Shown here: piece after piece, positions 1 through 14,103 of the stretch
Layout: each line of letters begins with the position of its first letter
Position numbering within the stretch: the first letter of the stretch is position 1
NCBI RefSeq assembly: GCF_035084215.1
Contig: NC_090335.1
Coordinates: 52,266,001 to 52,330,000, forward strand
Reading direction: 5' to 3'
DNA length: 64,000 nucleotides
DNA from: Heptranchias perlo
Lineage: Eukaryota
Made by a program: the position numbers and the translations under genes
Notes under the pieces: model-generated
Databases searched by the model: none
What the model was told of the DNA's origin: nothing
Seen by the model: only the letters and a program-made list of their open reading frames with translations

Positions 1-1410
1 CACAGTGCCTTTTGAAGTACTTATTAATTAGTTTTACAACAGAAAATACACTTATTTAATAAGTATTAACTTATTTGCCATCATTTATTAAAGATTCTCA
101 ACTTGTCCCATACATTTCAAAGATTCATTGTGCCAGAAATTGTCTATTTTTTCCCTATTGTATCAAATTAAATGTTTGTTTAAACAGCCTGTGATTTGAA
201 ATGAAAGCAAAAAGAAGAAAAAATGTATTTTATATAACCAGTTTTGATTAATTTAAATTCAAGCTATTTAAACAATAAGATAGAGTGTGAAAAACAATGG
301 TGTGATTTATCACCAAAATGGATTACAAAGTAAAAATATGGAAGAAATGAATGGTAATAACTTTTAATGCGATTGAGTTTCCATTCCATCTTTTCATTTC
401 AACAACTGGAATGTGTTTTTGGTAAATATCTTAAAATAGAAGGTGTAGATGGAAAATGCCACTCAGAGTTCAATTGGGTAGAGATATTAAAGTATCTGGG
501 GGTTTCATTTATTCTTTCCCCTTAAGCAGTTCTAGGAAAAAACAAATTCAATATTGTAATATTGAAGGAACACAGTAATCATTATGTTTCGGAATAGGGA
601 ACTTGGGAACATTTTAAGCTTGCAGCAAAAATTATGTTTCAGAGTTGATTGGCTTGTCATTAATGTAACTCTTCATAGACATACGGTCAAATATTTATGT
701 GATAGAACACAATGTTTAAATTTACATTAGACTTTAGGGCTGAAAGAATTTCATTATAAAACTGATCTCGCCTCTGTATAATGCATAGTGCAGCTGGTGG
801 ACTAGACTCACCCTAACAGCTGCACTCACTGCACTAAGCTCAGTGACTCAGAAACACTGCCCACATGTCCAAGCTCTCTTCCTGAACTGTGCTCCCTGGG
901 CAGTGAATTTCTAATGTTATGAGTGCATAAGCAGCAGCACTGTTTCCCTTAGTTCTCTGTTTAGATTTTTGTGATTTTTACCTGGTCAGTTTGACTGTTA
1001 GTGCAGTGTGTGCTGCCATACCTTTTATTAAGAGTAAGGCAGATTCCAAGGTATAGATACTAGCTTTCAGGGCTGATCATCAGGTGAATACTGAAAGCCA
1101 CTCCATCCATCAGTTGGTCAGTCTAGGCTGTTTTTAGATACCACTTCCGTGAAAGTGCAAAGTGGTTTCGGATATGCATCGACACAAAAGTGGTTGCATA
1201 ATTTGGATCTAACTGCCAAGAGCACTAAAGTAAGATGTGAGACTACATCTAATCGGTAGTCTTGTGCTGCTTGGATTTTGCACTGAGTGAATACAACTCT
1301 AACCCTGTGCAAAGGCACATTTTACAAGTGCCCAGGCAATCTGTGAGACCCCTGGAACTTAATAAACTTACGTTTGAGTTATTTTAATATCATTTGTTGA
1401 TAATATGTTG

Positions 1411-1518
1411 ATAGGGTGAGATGAAGTAAGGTGGGGGGAGACTCGTGTGGAAGATAAACATCAGCACAGAACTGTTGGGCCAAATGGCCTGTTTCTGTGC
1501 TGTAAATTCTATGTAATT
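1411..1518 (+). mobile_element. CR1 LINE 3' end fragment (old)
   Basis: GGGCCAAATGGCCTGTTTCTGTGCTGTAAATTCTATG resembles the CR1 3' UTR and tail of other copies in the window. Confidence 0.7.
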
Positions 1519-2390
1519 AGAGAAGTAATGTTATCACACTCTCAAAATTTAAATCTAGCTGCCAGGATAGCAGATTGGAGACCAGTGTCTATAGTATAAC
1601 TGTAGCCCTATTTGTTTGTTTGTCAATCGGTTTGCACCATGCCTGATATAGCCACGTTGGGAAACAGAAAAGTTCTACTAAATTTGAAAATCCCAATAAT
1701 TATGACATGCACAATGATAAAATAGTGAATACTGTATTGGGGAACCTTTTTGCATGGCTTTGAATGGGTGCTATTTAGGGAAGACCAAGAGAGTGTATGT
1801 GGGAGTATCGTTTTGATTTCATTTGTGATTCATATATGTGTACATGGTAACCTAATGATATGTAGTCAGTGAACAATTTTTCCATGTGAAGTCTCCTACC
1901 ACCTACATCCCACCCCCAGCCCATCCTACGGATTTCCTAATGTGACAGCTTGTTTTGTTTCAGTAATTATATCACTCTTAAAAACAATGCATCATCCATC
2001 TTAAAATAATTTCTTGACTGCACTACTCCTGCCAAGTAAGCATCTGTCTCCTTAAAACCAATGGTATTTCTTTTTAACCAATCCGTGTTCTTAGTATTAT
2101 TAGAACTTTGCTATAAGGTTTTACCACTCACCAAAAGGTCTTAATGTCTCTTCAAGGGCATACATATAAATGTTTAAAAGCTTTTTAAATAACCTATTTT
2201 TATTTTTAAAAAGTGCTCGTTGCAAATATGCTTACCTGATGGAATCGCAGCAGTCCATGCTACAATTATAAGTATTGCACATATTAATTGTTAAATTCCG
2301 ACAGTGGTTTAGTAAACTCATTTTTTCTTCAAAGTGATGAATCCTAAAGGATATATATTTTTTAAAGTCTTTAATTTCTTTGCTAAAGAA

Positions 2391-2494
2391 TAAAAGTGGA
2401 GTTGAGGTAGAAGATCAGCCATGATCTTAGTGATTGGTGGAGCAGAATCGAGGGACCGTATGGACTACTGCTGTTCCTATTTCTTATGTTCTTA
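2391..2494 (+). mobile_element. CR1 LINE 3' end fragment
   Basis: Ends in CCTATTTCTTATGTTCTTA, the same tail as the 5246-5637 and 9771-11308 copies. Confidence 0.75.
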
Positions 2495-5245
2495 AAAGTT
2501 CTCATGTCATTAGTTGAGTATTGGCTGTTCTGTTTTAAATTGAGAGTTTATTTTAGATATGTAGGGCCCCAATGTAAATTACCTCATTTGGGTATATTTT
2601 CTCTCCCATCATATTAAAATAAAATGTAAAGTAATATACAATTAGATAGTTAGAATCTTGCAAAGCATATTAGAAACATAAACTGCAAAGAAAGGAAGCA
2701 GAAAATTAGCTTTTTAAAAAACCTAATAATTTTATCATCTGAATCATAAGACAAATAAACTGTTTCATTAATAGAAATTGGTAATTGTGTATGATTTTAC
2801 AAAGTTTCTTGTGTTCTTTTAACTCCATCACATTTGTAGAACAGATGGTTAAATGGGCTGAGCTACAAAAGAGCTTATTATTTTAATTTACCATAGTTTA
2901 CAGAAATCTTAATTATAAAATATTAAAGGTAAGACTAAACATATCAATAAGATGCAGTTAGTGGTTTTTTGTCTTGTTTGAGTTGTCACTGTTGGAAGTC
3001 TTTCACCTTTCTAACCTCACTTCTTTCCTTTCACACAACACCTGCAGAAATCATTTTTTGCCAGTGTCTAAGTCTGAACATACTACGTATTTGAGAAATT
3101 CAGATGGGCCAAAGAACATTCCTCAGTTATAATCTTACACTGGTTATATTTTAAATTCTGATGCAAAATTGCTGTCAGATTCCTAAATGGTTAAAACTAT
3201 TTGTCCACCTTAACTTTCTTACATTTCCTAATTAAGTACTTTGAATTCCGAGTTTATTCATTATTTCTGAATCATATATATGTGTGTTACAGCTTTTCAG
3301 ACCGCTTTCCTTTTACAATATCATGATTACCAGATAAGTTTACATGTACTCTTCCTTCATCAAATATTAGGCCTTTTCTATGTAAGTGACTGGTACAGAA
3401 TATTGATGTCCTAAATCTTATTTGTTTATGTTATAAATATAATCATAGCCATTGGAAATATTTTAAGTTGCATTGAAGTCTATTACGATAACACAAAAAT
3501 TGGCATCATGGGAACAATACAGCTATGTTTTAAGCCCTTGAAATAAAAACATAACACTGCAAGTCCACCAGTGTCCCAAATAAGAAGAATAGTGACCATC
3601 ACCAGAAGGTCAAATTTCCAGACTTTCAGTTTTTTCTTTTATCTCTAATGTTTTGAGCATCCATGAATCATTGATTTAAAAAAAAATTACTGCAAACTTA
3701 TATTGCATCTGATTTTAACCTAAAATACAGCCTGCAATAAATTGAAGGCACTAGATGATCAGCAATGTCATGCACGTTTATTTGATCATAAAACAGTCAG
3801 ATAGACCGAATACAGTGTGGTAGTGTATTGAAATACCGAATGAGAACGTCAATGGTAGATCAATGAGAAATAATCCAGAATTGTTTGTCTGAAAATGCAA
3901 ACAAGTTTGTAATAAGAAGTACTAGAAACAGGACAAGTAAACAATGTGAACTTATTTTAAGAAATCAAGATGATATATAACAGTTTGATACAAACTTTGG
4001 ATAGATTTTATAATAAGTTAACACTTCTACCAGTTTATTTTCTAGTGGTATGCTTAAGTATACGATTTAGAAAGGTAACTCAGTAACATTTAATAGCTTC
4101 ATAATGACAATGTTAACTAACTTTGAGGATTGCAGTCGCATTGCTGCAGCAAGATCAAATAAATTATGATTTTTAAAATTAATTTCCAACATTGTTTAAA
4201 TTAAGTATAATTCCTTTTCAGTACATTTCTTTAATGTTATTTTGCATTATTCATTGTTGAAAATATACAGAAAATCATTTTTCAGATGTTGTATGAAAGA
4301 AAAAAAGATGCATTTCAGAAGCTGAAAAAGAACTTCAGAACTTCCTTTTTCTAACAAGTTACCTCTTGTGACCATTAAAGTTTGTGACGTGTTAACGTGA
4401 TAATAGCAAATTGCATCAAAAAAGGGTGGCTTTAAAATGCTTATCTGCTTGTTCGTAACCTCTTGAAGTAATAATATGCACCAGCTTATGGTAAATGCAC
4501 CTTGTTGAGACTTTTATAAATATAAAAGAAATCTGTTGGTTATCTTTGATAGGGTGGCTTGCTTTTTGCAATGGAAAATTGTGTACAGTGAAATCATTGT
4601 GGCCAACATCTACATTTTAATATCTACACTTTTTGCATCCAAACTCAGTGATAAAGTGCATCAACCAGTATATGTGCTGGAGCAGCACAATGTATGATTA
4701 TTTTTAAATGCAGTTTCTTCCTGTTATCAAAACAATCTTGCGTATTTCATTTAATCCACTTAGAATTCATGCCATGTTTTGACTAAAATTATTAACAGGA
4801 GAAATTTTGTTTCCATAGTTGTAAGTCTGAACAAAATTCTATAATGTTTTACACATTTTGTGACAAACAAAATCTACTAACATAAGTTGCTTATTTAAAA
4901 ACTACGAATATATATAGCTTACATTAAGTACACTGATAATCATATCCTTGAGTTACATTAAATATATTTATAAGTGTAATCTTAACTTACACTAAGTATA
5001 TGAATTTATATAACCCAATTACTTAGAGATAATTTTAACATAGACTTTTTTCACTTAATGAACATGCTGTCAGAAACTGTTTCAAATACTTGCTTAAACA
5101 TTTTTCAAATTAAACAAATGATGAGAATTTAACAGAATGATATTAAGCTACAATTGTTTCTTCTTCCCTGGGATCTATTCAACAACAAAAACAATTTGCA
5201 CATATGTAGCATTTTAAGGTAGCAAATCATACATGAGGCGAGATG

Positions 5246-5637
5246 ATACTCTCTGGAGTTTAGAAGAATGAGAGGTGATCTCATTGAAACATATAAGATG
5301 CTGAGAGGTTGTTTCCCCTGGCTGGAGAGTCTAGAACTAGGGGGCATAGTCTCAGGATAAGGGGTTGGCCATTTAGGACTGAGATGAGGAGGAATTTCTT
5401 CACTTAGAGGGTTGTGAATCTTTGGAATTCTCTACCCCAGAGGGCTGTGGATGGTCAGTCATTGAGTATATTCAAGACTGAGATCGATAGATTTTTGGAC
5501 TCTAGGGGAATCAAGGGATATGGGGATCGGGCGGGAATTTGGAGTTGAGGTCGAGGTTCAGCCTTGGTCTTATTGAATGGTGGAGCAGGCTCGAGGGGCC
5601 GCATGGCCTACTCCTGCTCCTTTTTCTTATGTTCTTA
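5246..5637 (+). mobile_element. CR1 LINE, 5'-truncated
   Basis: Encodes YSLEFRRMRGDLIETYK (CR1 ORF2 C-terminus), followed by the 3' UTR and TTCTTATG tail. Confidence 0.9.
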
Positions 5638-6084
5638 TACTAAGGTGGTTTTACAAAAAGACACCAGACACCACATAGGTGTTAGGGGAGAGGACCAAGA
5701 GCATGATTGAAGAGGTCAGTTTAAGGAGGTTTTTGAAAGTGAGGAGAAATGTTGTGGAGCAGTGGGCTTTGGGAAGGGAGTTTTAAAATGCTGTGTTCAT
5801 CGCATGAAGATTAACAAGTTTGCCTCAAAGTTAGTGCCTGGAGCTTAAAGGGATCAACATGATATGAAAGCTTCATGCTATGGTAACCTTCTCTTCAAGA
5901 GCTGTTCATGCTCCAGATGGTATCTGCAGGTTATCCTGCAGTAGATGGTACAACTCTGTGGCAGCTGCTCTTGTGAAGGGAAGGAAACAATGACAGATCT
6001 CCTCTAACATGTCCACGTAGGTGTAAAAGAGGTCTACAAACCCAGGACCTGGAGTAGTAACAGGTAATATTGTAATATAGTAAT

Positions 6085-7142
6085 ATTGTTGTATCAAATT
6101 TGTTGGCCCCTCATGAACCATGCAGTGTGTTTGAAACCCTCAAAAGAATACTGATCTTCACCACTTTATACAATGTGATTTAAAGCCTGAAGCAACCAAG
6201 AATAAGGAAGGAAAACGCTGTTAGGAAAAAAACTTAAATATGCAAAAGTGTTAGTCTATCCAGCAAAAACAATTAATGCATCAAGCAAAATGCAGCACAA
6301 TGTACTTTAAAATTTAAAAAAATAAGGATTTTACCAGGAACTAAAACTGTTGTCTCCCTTTAAGAAATCTTCTTGAGCAGGCTAAGTCCCAGGACGCTCA
6401 TGTGCTCAGTTTATATTGATATAACTGGGCTATTGCCGGCATCTTGCCTGCAGTCAGAAGATTTAGCATGGGACCTGTTTTAAATAACTTAAATATATTG
6501 GGGTAAATTTTGAGGTCTCCCACCTGGCGGAAACGGGGTGGTAGTGCACTGAAAATGGTGGGGAATGACTTACCACCTCGTTCCCGACTCCATCTTCCCC
6601 CAGGCCTACCACTGGGTGTCTGGAGCACCCTCCACCACCCCCCACCCCACCCCGGAGTCAGGCGATAGGCCCATTTAAAATGCAAATTGGGGTCCTGTGG
6701 CATATATAGCCATTTTAGAACAGTTCTGGGGATAGCATGCGCCGCGCACACTCCATCCAGTATTATCTGGCAGTACACCACTGAGACCCAGGTCAGAGAA
6801 GAGCCTAGGCCTCCAAAGAGAGGGACAATTTATTTTAAAAATGTTTTGCTGATTAGCCCCCTTACTATAGGGGATGAGAAGGACATGGCTGGGATCGGGA
6901 CGGGGAAGCGGGGTTCCTAGGCAACGATGTACCCAATAGTGGGCGTGTCCCTTTGTGGTGCTTGCACCCACCTGCCACATGCTAATTAGGTGCCCCCCCA
7001 CTGACCCCACAAACTTTGGCAGGGTCAACACTGGAGGGCACCAATCAGGGATTGTTGCATCTACATTTGTTGGCCTCACCTAAATCATGCAGTGTGTTTG
7101 GAACCCCCAAAGGAATACCAATCTTCACCACTTTATACAATG
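6085..7142 (+). repeat. Diverged ~90-bp direct repeat pair (6085-6175 and 7051-7142)
   Basis: Both copies share ATTTGTTGGCC...CATGCAGTGTGTTTG...ATCTTCACCACTTTATACAATG. Confidence 0.85.
6500..7000. mobile_element. Probable old Harbinger-derived non-autonomous element
   Basis: Begins GGGGTAAATTTT, identical to the TIR start of the 12863-18088 Harbinger; GC-rich; right TIR not found. Confidence 0.45.
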
Positions 7143-8548
7143 AGCAGCAATCTAAGGAATTTCAGGGCCAAAGTGTTGATATTTTGGAACAATTTACTAA
7201 AATGTCATAATGAGTTAATAGCTCCTTTGTTCTTCTTGTCCAGCCAGCTCTCTCTGCCTGCACTCTGTTCGCTGGCCTGCCTGACTACCATCATCATCAT
7301 CAGCTGCTGATGGCAGTTACTGGAGAATGTCCGTACAGACGAGCAGTTATAAAACAGTTTCATTTGTCGTGGCAAAAGCTACTGTTGCTCCAAATGCAAC
7401 CTGCTTTATGTTTCAGTTTGTGTCAGAGGTGGTGCTGGAGTCTCTATCTGTTTGATGGTGTGCACCTGCTATGACAGCAGCAGCAGAAAAGGCCTGTTTA
7501 CATCGCTGGTTTGTCCCCAATGGCAGAGCTGTTATCAGTAATGTAATGCACCACACACGAGTCTTTAAATTAATTTTTGATTAACTTACTTTTGCTGAAC
7601 ATTAAGTGTTGCTTGACATGTACAAATCATTTTTAATCCCTCCACATGTAAAACATTGATCCTGTGGCAGTGACATCACTCACAAAAGAGAAAGCAGGTT
7701 CCCATCCATGTGTTAGGGTTCAGAACAGATGTGTTAATTGATCTAGATATGAAAGGAAGCCCCTATTTAATTTCTAGATTCCTCCAGGGATTCCCCAGAT
7801 TGAGCCCTCATAAGTACAAGTTCTGCTCAAAATCACCTTATTAATCAGAAAGTTGAAGCTGTTTATCTGATGACACTGGATTTCCATACAATGTTTACAA
7901 TATCTTTGCATTGACTCTTGAGAGATGAGCTGTCACCCACCGACATTAGATTGTTTCCATTCAGTATTTTTGTTTGAACCCCCACACAAGACATGCACTG
8001 CAGAGATAAAACAGAAGGGAGAGGTTTGGGGCTACCGTTATGGAACAAAAGTATAGATAGTAATGTAGCATAAAAAGCCCAGTTTTCTTGAAGATCATCG
8101 ATAACCTTTCTCCTCAGTTACTGTAGAACAATGGTTAAATGTAGGACCCCCTGCAAACTTATACAAATGTGTCCATTTTAGTCAGATGTACCTGTATCAT
8201 GAAGTCAAATACAATTTTAAATTTCACCAATATATGTACAGACTTGGAAAATCTTTATTAAAGCTTAGATAAGATTGGAACAGTGGTAATTCTACATAGA
8301 AATTAGATTCAAATGCAACATGGGGTCTGATTTTTGTGTCCATTCTGCCTCATGCACCAGCTGCTAGTACCCTCAGTCCCACAATATCCACCACCTCCAC
8401 TGTAGCTGCAGTATGTACAATCTACAGGAGGCACTACAGAAACTCACCAAGATTACTTCCCTCCCCTGCAACCTCTACCATCGAGAAGTACAAAAGGGAG
8501 AGAAGACCAAGTCTTTGACCCCTCACTTATTTAATCAATCTAGTCCAC

Positions 8549-9439
8549 ACAGTGAAGAAGGTTATCTAGGATTGCAACGGGATCTTGATAAATTGGGCCA
8601 GTGGGCCGATGAATGGCAGATGGAGTTTAATTTAGATAAATGTGAGGTGATGCATTTTGGTAGATCGAATCGGGCCAGGACCTACTCCGTTAATGGTAGG
8701 GCGTTAGGGAGAGTTATAGAACAAAGAGATCTGGGAGTACAGATTCATAGCTCCTTGAAAGTGGAGTCACAGGTGGATAGGGTGGTGAAGAAGGCATTCA
8801 GCATGCTTGGTTTCATTGGTCAGAACATTGAATGCAGGAGTTGGGATGTCTTGTTGAAGTTGTACAGGGCATTGGTGAGGCCACACTTGGAGTACTGTGT
8901 ACAGTTCTGGTCACCCTATTATAGAAAGGATATTATTAAACTAGAAAGAGTGCAGAAAAGATTTACTAGGATGCTACCGGGACTTGATGGTTTGACTTAT
9001 AGGGAGAGGTTAGACAGACTGGGACTTTTTTCCCTGGAGAGCAGGAGGTTAAGGGGTGATCTTATAGAAGTCTATAAAATAATGAGGGGCATAGATAAGG
9101 TCGATAGTCAAAATCTTTTCCCAAAGGTAGGGGAGTCTATAACGAGGGGGCACAGATTTAAGGTGAGAGGGGAGAGATACAAAAGGGTCCAGAGGGGCAA
9201 TTTTTTCACTCAAAGGGTGGTGAGTGTCTGGAACGAGCTGCCAGAGGCAGTAGTAGAGGCGAGTACAATTTTGTCTTTTAAAAAGCATTTGGACAGTTAC
9301 ATGGGTAAGATGGGTATAGAGGGATATGGGCCAAGTGCAGGCAATTGGGACTAGCTTAGTGGTATAAACTGGGCGACATGGACATGTTGGGCCGAAGGGC
9401 CTGTTTCCATGTTGTAACTTCTATGATTCTATGATTCTA
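8549..9439 (+). mobile_element. Young CR1 LINE, 5'-truncated, with open ORF2 C-terminal part
   Basis: Uninterrupted ORF (LQRDLD...WQMEFN..KC...RPHLEYCVQFWSP...RGDLIEVYKI) ending at 9354, then a 3' UTR and (ATTCTATG)n tail. Confidence 0.95.
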
Positions 9440-9469
9440 ATAGGAGAATAATTTGGAATGGCTTACATC

Positions 9470-9700
9470 CTGTCTTAACTTGGATACTCAGCTGAGGTCC
9501 CAGCAGGTAGACACTATTAGGGAAATGGCAACCAAGACTTGTATGATTAGGAAAATATATGACGCTAAACGTACCCATGGGGATTCACCAGCATTATAGA
9601 CATTCTCCATTAGCATCGAGGGTGTGTATACCTTTCTCTATTTTCTTGTTAGCCTGCTGCACTTTGATCAGATGTTTCTGAGGTGACACTTCTATCCAAG
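9470..9700 (-). pseudogene. C-terminal heptad region and transmembrane anchor of env-like gene C
   Basis: My translation: QKHLIKVQQANKKIEKGIHTLDA, then (other frame) SPWVRLASYIFLIIQVLVAISLIVSTCW. Confidence 0.6.
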
Positions 9701-9770
9701 ATGCTTTTAAGAGTGAATGATAAAGGGGCAATGGGGTGCCCAAATCAAATTACAGCCTGTAATGCTTCCT

Positions 9771-11308
9771 ACATAAGAACATAAGAAATAGGATCAGGTG
9801 TAGGCCATACGGCCCCTTGAGCCTGCTCTGCCATTCAACAAGATCATAGATAATCTTCTGCCTCAACTCTACTTTCCCGCCCTATCCCCATATCCCTTGA
9901 TTCCCTTAGTGTCCAAAAATGGGATAGAGAATTCCAAAGATTCACAACCCTCTGAGTGAAGAAATTTTTCCTCATCTTGGTCCTAAATGGCTGACCTCTT
10001 ATCTTGAAACTATGCCCCCTAGTTCTAGACTCTCCACCCAGGGCAAACAGCCTCTCAGCATCCACGCTGTCAAGCCCTCCAAGAATTTTATACATTCCAA
10101 TGAGATCACCTCTCATTCTTCGAAACACCAGAGAATATAGGCCCATTCTACTCAATCTCTCCTCATAGGACAACCCTCTTATCCCAGGAATCAATCTAGT
10201 GAACTTTTGTTGCACCCCCTCTAAGGCAAGTATATCCTTCCTTAGGTAAGGAGACCAAAACTGTTCACAGTACTCCAGGTGTGGTCTCACTGGAGCCCTA
10301 TATTATTTCAGCAAGACCTCCTTACTCTTATAGTCCAACCCCCTTGCAATAAAGGCTAACATACCATTTGCCTTCCTAATGGCTTGCAGTACATGCATGT
10401 TAACTTTCTGTGATTCGTGTACAAGGACACCCATATCCCTCTGACTAGTCTCTCACCTTTTTAAAAAAAAATTCTGCTTTTCTATTCTTCCTACCAAAGT
10501 GGATAATTTTACATTTCCCCACATTATACTCCATTTGGCACCTTCTTGCCAAATCACTTAACCTGTCTATATCTCTTTGCAGCCTCTTTGCGTCTTCCTC
10601 ACAGCTTACTTTCCCACCTTGTTTTGTATTGTCAGCAAACTTGGACACATTACACTCAGTCTCCTTATCTAAATCATTGATATAAAGTGTGAACAGCTGA
10701 GGCACAAGCACTGATCCCTGCAGCACCCTACTAGTTTTAGCCTGCCAACCTAAAAATGACCCGTTTATTCCTACTCTCTGTTTTCTGTCGGTTAACCAAT
10801 TATCAATCCATGCTAATATATTACCTCTACTCCCATGAGCCCTAATTTTGTGTAACAACCTGTGTGGCACCTTATTGAATGCCTTTTGAAAATCTAAATA
10901 TACTACATCCACTGGTTCCCCCTTATCTACCCTGCTAGTTACACCCTCAAAAAACTCCAATAGATTTGTCAAACACTTTCATAAAATCGTGTTGATTCTG
11001 CCTAATCATATTATGATTTTCTAAGTGTCCTGTTACTACATCCTTAATAATAGATTCTAGCATTTTCCCTACCACTCATGTCAGGCTAACTGGCCTATAG
11101 TTCCCTGTTTTCTCTCTCCCTCCTTTCTTGAATAGTGGGGTTACATTTGCTACCTTCCAATCCACAGGGACCGTTCTAGAATCTAGGGAATTCTGGAAGA
11201 TCAAAACCAATGCATCCACTATCTCTGCAGCCACCTCTTTTAAAACCCTAGGATGCATGCCATCAGGTCCAGGGGATTTGTCAGCTTTTAGTCCCATTAA
11301 TTCCTCCA
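9771..11308 (-). mobile_element. CR1 LINE (RT region to 3' tail), frameshifted, inserted in the ERV
   Basis: ORF pieces KSPGPDG, NYRPVSLT, YLDFQKAF, QGSVL, KFADN, RPHLEYC; tail ACATAAGAACATAAGAA on +. Confidence 0.95.
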
Positions 11309-12550
11309 TCAAGTTCCCACGGATCTGCAGTCTGGTGGTGTCATGATCAACTACAATTACCAGGATGACCCCATGAGAGGGAATTACACATCCCATTGCC
11401 CAGTCCATGGAGCTCAATCAATAGCCCCAAAGATTTCCTGGGCCCCACGCTGTTTGCAGGGCACTTCAGCAATATGCACCTTTGCAAAGCGCCTTACCAG
11501 ACACAGGTTAATTTCGCTGGGTAACCATTTGATCAATTGTTTATCCGTTATCCAAGTGGGTAATTTTCCCTAAACTATGTTTCTCAGCCCTTCTGCTATT
11601 CTCTCCTGCCAATGGCTCAGATACATGCTGCACACCACCGCCTTACTTGCCTGAGATGTAATGGTCTCTTGATTGTATATGATTTAATTAATCTTATCCT
11701 GGCTTGCATGGACACCCTGGACTATTTTATTAAAGGACAAGAGACCCTCTGACCCCTCATCGATCAGGTCCAGGTTACCCTCATTCATTTTAGTTAGTAA
11801 CTTCTTCAGTTGTCCGATCAGACTTCCCTGATAATAATGATTTTCTATATCCAATGTTAAATACTGCTCCTGTTGCAGCTTCCCCAGCCACCTAATCGGT
11901 GATAGATCTGGCTTGCCGGGTGCGCGCGATTCGGTCCCAATCCCATCCTTCCTTCCACTGTCTCCCTGCTGTCTGCTTGTGGAACCCGTGTAATATCTGA
12001 ATCAATACGGCACAAGCCCAATTAACATAATGTATGTCACATAAACCTTGCAGAAGCATTACATTGCTTAAATCGACAATAACTGGGACCGCCTCAGATT
12101 TCACATGTACACAACTTGATGAGTAGCCTGAACCACCAATCCGTTACACATTCCATCTGAAAACAAGACCCCGTCACAACTAGATTCAACTGTGTGATAT
12201 TTTTGTTGTACTTGAATCTTTATAGAATTCTTTCTAACTAGTGACAGATTCTCTAATTCTAGTGCTACAGTGCAACTATATCGTCCCTCATGTCGCTCAT
12301 GAACATGGGGAAAATAAAGCTGTCACACTAGTTCAGCCACCCCGTTGGTTTCAGGAAGCACGATATATGGCACATCGTAAGAGAATGGGTATATCGTTTC
12401 TCCACCCACTCGGTACACACCCCAATGATCAGAGGATTGTATTGTTAGTAGAAGTTGCATCACCCTTTGTCGGAATGGGATATCCACACCATCCTTCCAT
12501 TTGAGATGGAATAAAAACCCGCCTGTCCATTGGTGGGCAGTGACCATTCG
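11309..12550 (-). pseudogene. env-like gene C ectodomain (Ig-like motif, furin-type site RQAR, fusion-peptide-like segment)
   Basis: My translation: LYFPHVHERHEGRYSCTV...VPVIVDLSNV...RTRQAR|SITD*VAGEAATGAVFN/LDIEN...VVCSMYLSHWQERIAEGLRNIV*GKLPTWITDKQ. Confidence 0.6.
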
Positions 12551-14103
12551 TATTCTGGGTTAGGAACTATTCCACCTTGAGAGTGAGAAAACCCCAAGGG
12601 TTTTGATTTCTCATCTGTCCTTCAATAAGGCTGTCAGTTCTAAGTGGCCCCGCCTCCATCTAACGTTCCTGATGGCACGTTTAAGTACACATAATGCTTT
12701 TGCGACCAAAATTTACAACCACTCGTAAGCTTTCTGTCTGGAGGGTAATGTTTACTTGCACTTTTGTAATATTGTGGCCATAACAGGCACCAATATCTTA
12801 GTCCCGATTTAGTAATTCTGGTTGATGTAAAGCAAAATATTAGCCGCCAAACCGGACATATGGGGGTAAATTTTAACCCCGATAAACGGGTGGGTTGGGG
12901 GCAGGTTGGCAGTGAAAATTGTCAGTTTTGGGAGTGGGACTGCATCCCCGCTCCAACCCACCGACTTCCGGGTATGACCCAGATGCGTCTGGGTGCACAC
13001 ACGCTTCTGAAACCCAGAGTGCTGGCGGGACGATATTTAAAGGGCCAATTGAGGTATTTAAAGACATGAAATTTTTGTGGTTTGAACTGCACAAGCTATT
13101 TTAACTGCTTCTGAACGTGTCTCCCGTGACCTCTGAAAGACGCCATTCAAACAGAGGCGAGTTACAGCTGGCACCCATTTGGACCTTTAAATCAGTGATT
13201 GACACATGAAGAAAAGGTGAGTTTTTGCAGCAGGACAATCAGTTCTCTCAGACAAACCTTTGGCTGGGAGTTCTTTGTGTTTAATCTGAGATTTCATGGT
13301 TCACACTCAGAATTCTTGTGTTCACACATATTTACCAACATTTTGGACCCCCTTCAAACTGACACCATCAGGATGGGGGGCGCAATGGGTGTTTTCAGCA
13401 GTACATCTGAAGAGGAGGCACATCAGCATCCACGGCAGGCACGGTGTGCAGTTCTGGGAGTTGCAGCTCCACAAGACAGAGGTGCGCCACAAGGAACCTG
13501 CAGAAGAGCAGAGAGGGGACCAACGGAGGGGCCATGGTCACAGGAGGCACTACCCTCGTGAGAGGGTCTACAGGCAGATGCTGAACATCCTGGACCTCTC
13601 TGAGGAGCAGTGCTTACGCAGGCTCAGATTGAGTCACCAGGTGGTCGCAGACATTTGCACACTCCTTCATGCAGAGCTGCTCCCGCTGGGCCTGGTGGAC
13701 ACGCATTGCCTGTCACAGTTAAAGCCACAACTGCCCTCAATTTCTTTGCCTCCAGATACTTCCAGGGCACCACTGTTGACAACTCCATGATCTCTCAGTC
13801 ATCTGCCCTTCAGTGTATACGACAGGTCACGAATGGTTTGTTTGCCAGGGCATCCGACTACGTCAACATGCCCATCGACGATATCAGCCAGTGAGAGGGC
13901 AGTGGGTTTCCACTCTCTGGCTGGCTTCCCACAGGGTGCAAGACATAATTGATTGCACACACGTAGCAATCCAAGGATCTGCACATGAGGTAGGACTGTT
14001 CATAAACCAAAAAGGATATCACTCCATCAATGTGCAGTTGGTTTGTGACCACCGGAAGAGGATTCTGCAGGTGTGTGCCAGATTCCCTGGCAGCTGCCAT
14101 GAT

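Noticed and set aside
2236-2259. 24-nt AG...GTAAG micro-exon-like segment on the - strand
   Set aside because: Weak pyrimidine tract and no partner exons; probably chance
1-5200. AT-rich repeat-poor block as the 3' UTR of a neighbouring gene such as CREG1
   Set aside because: No coding exon was recognised, so it cannot be assigned from sequence
8500-8548. 3' LTR or polypurine tract of the ERV
   Set aside because: No convincing match to the 22838-23559 LTR
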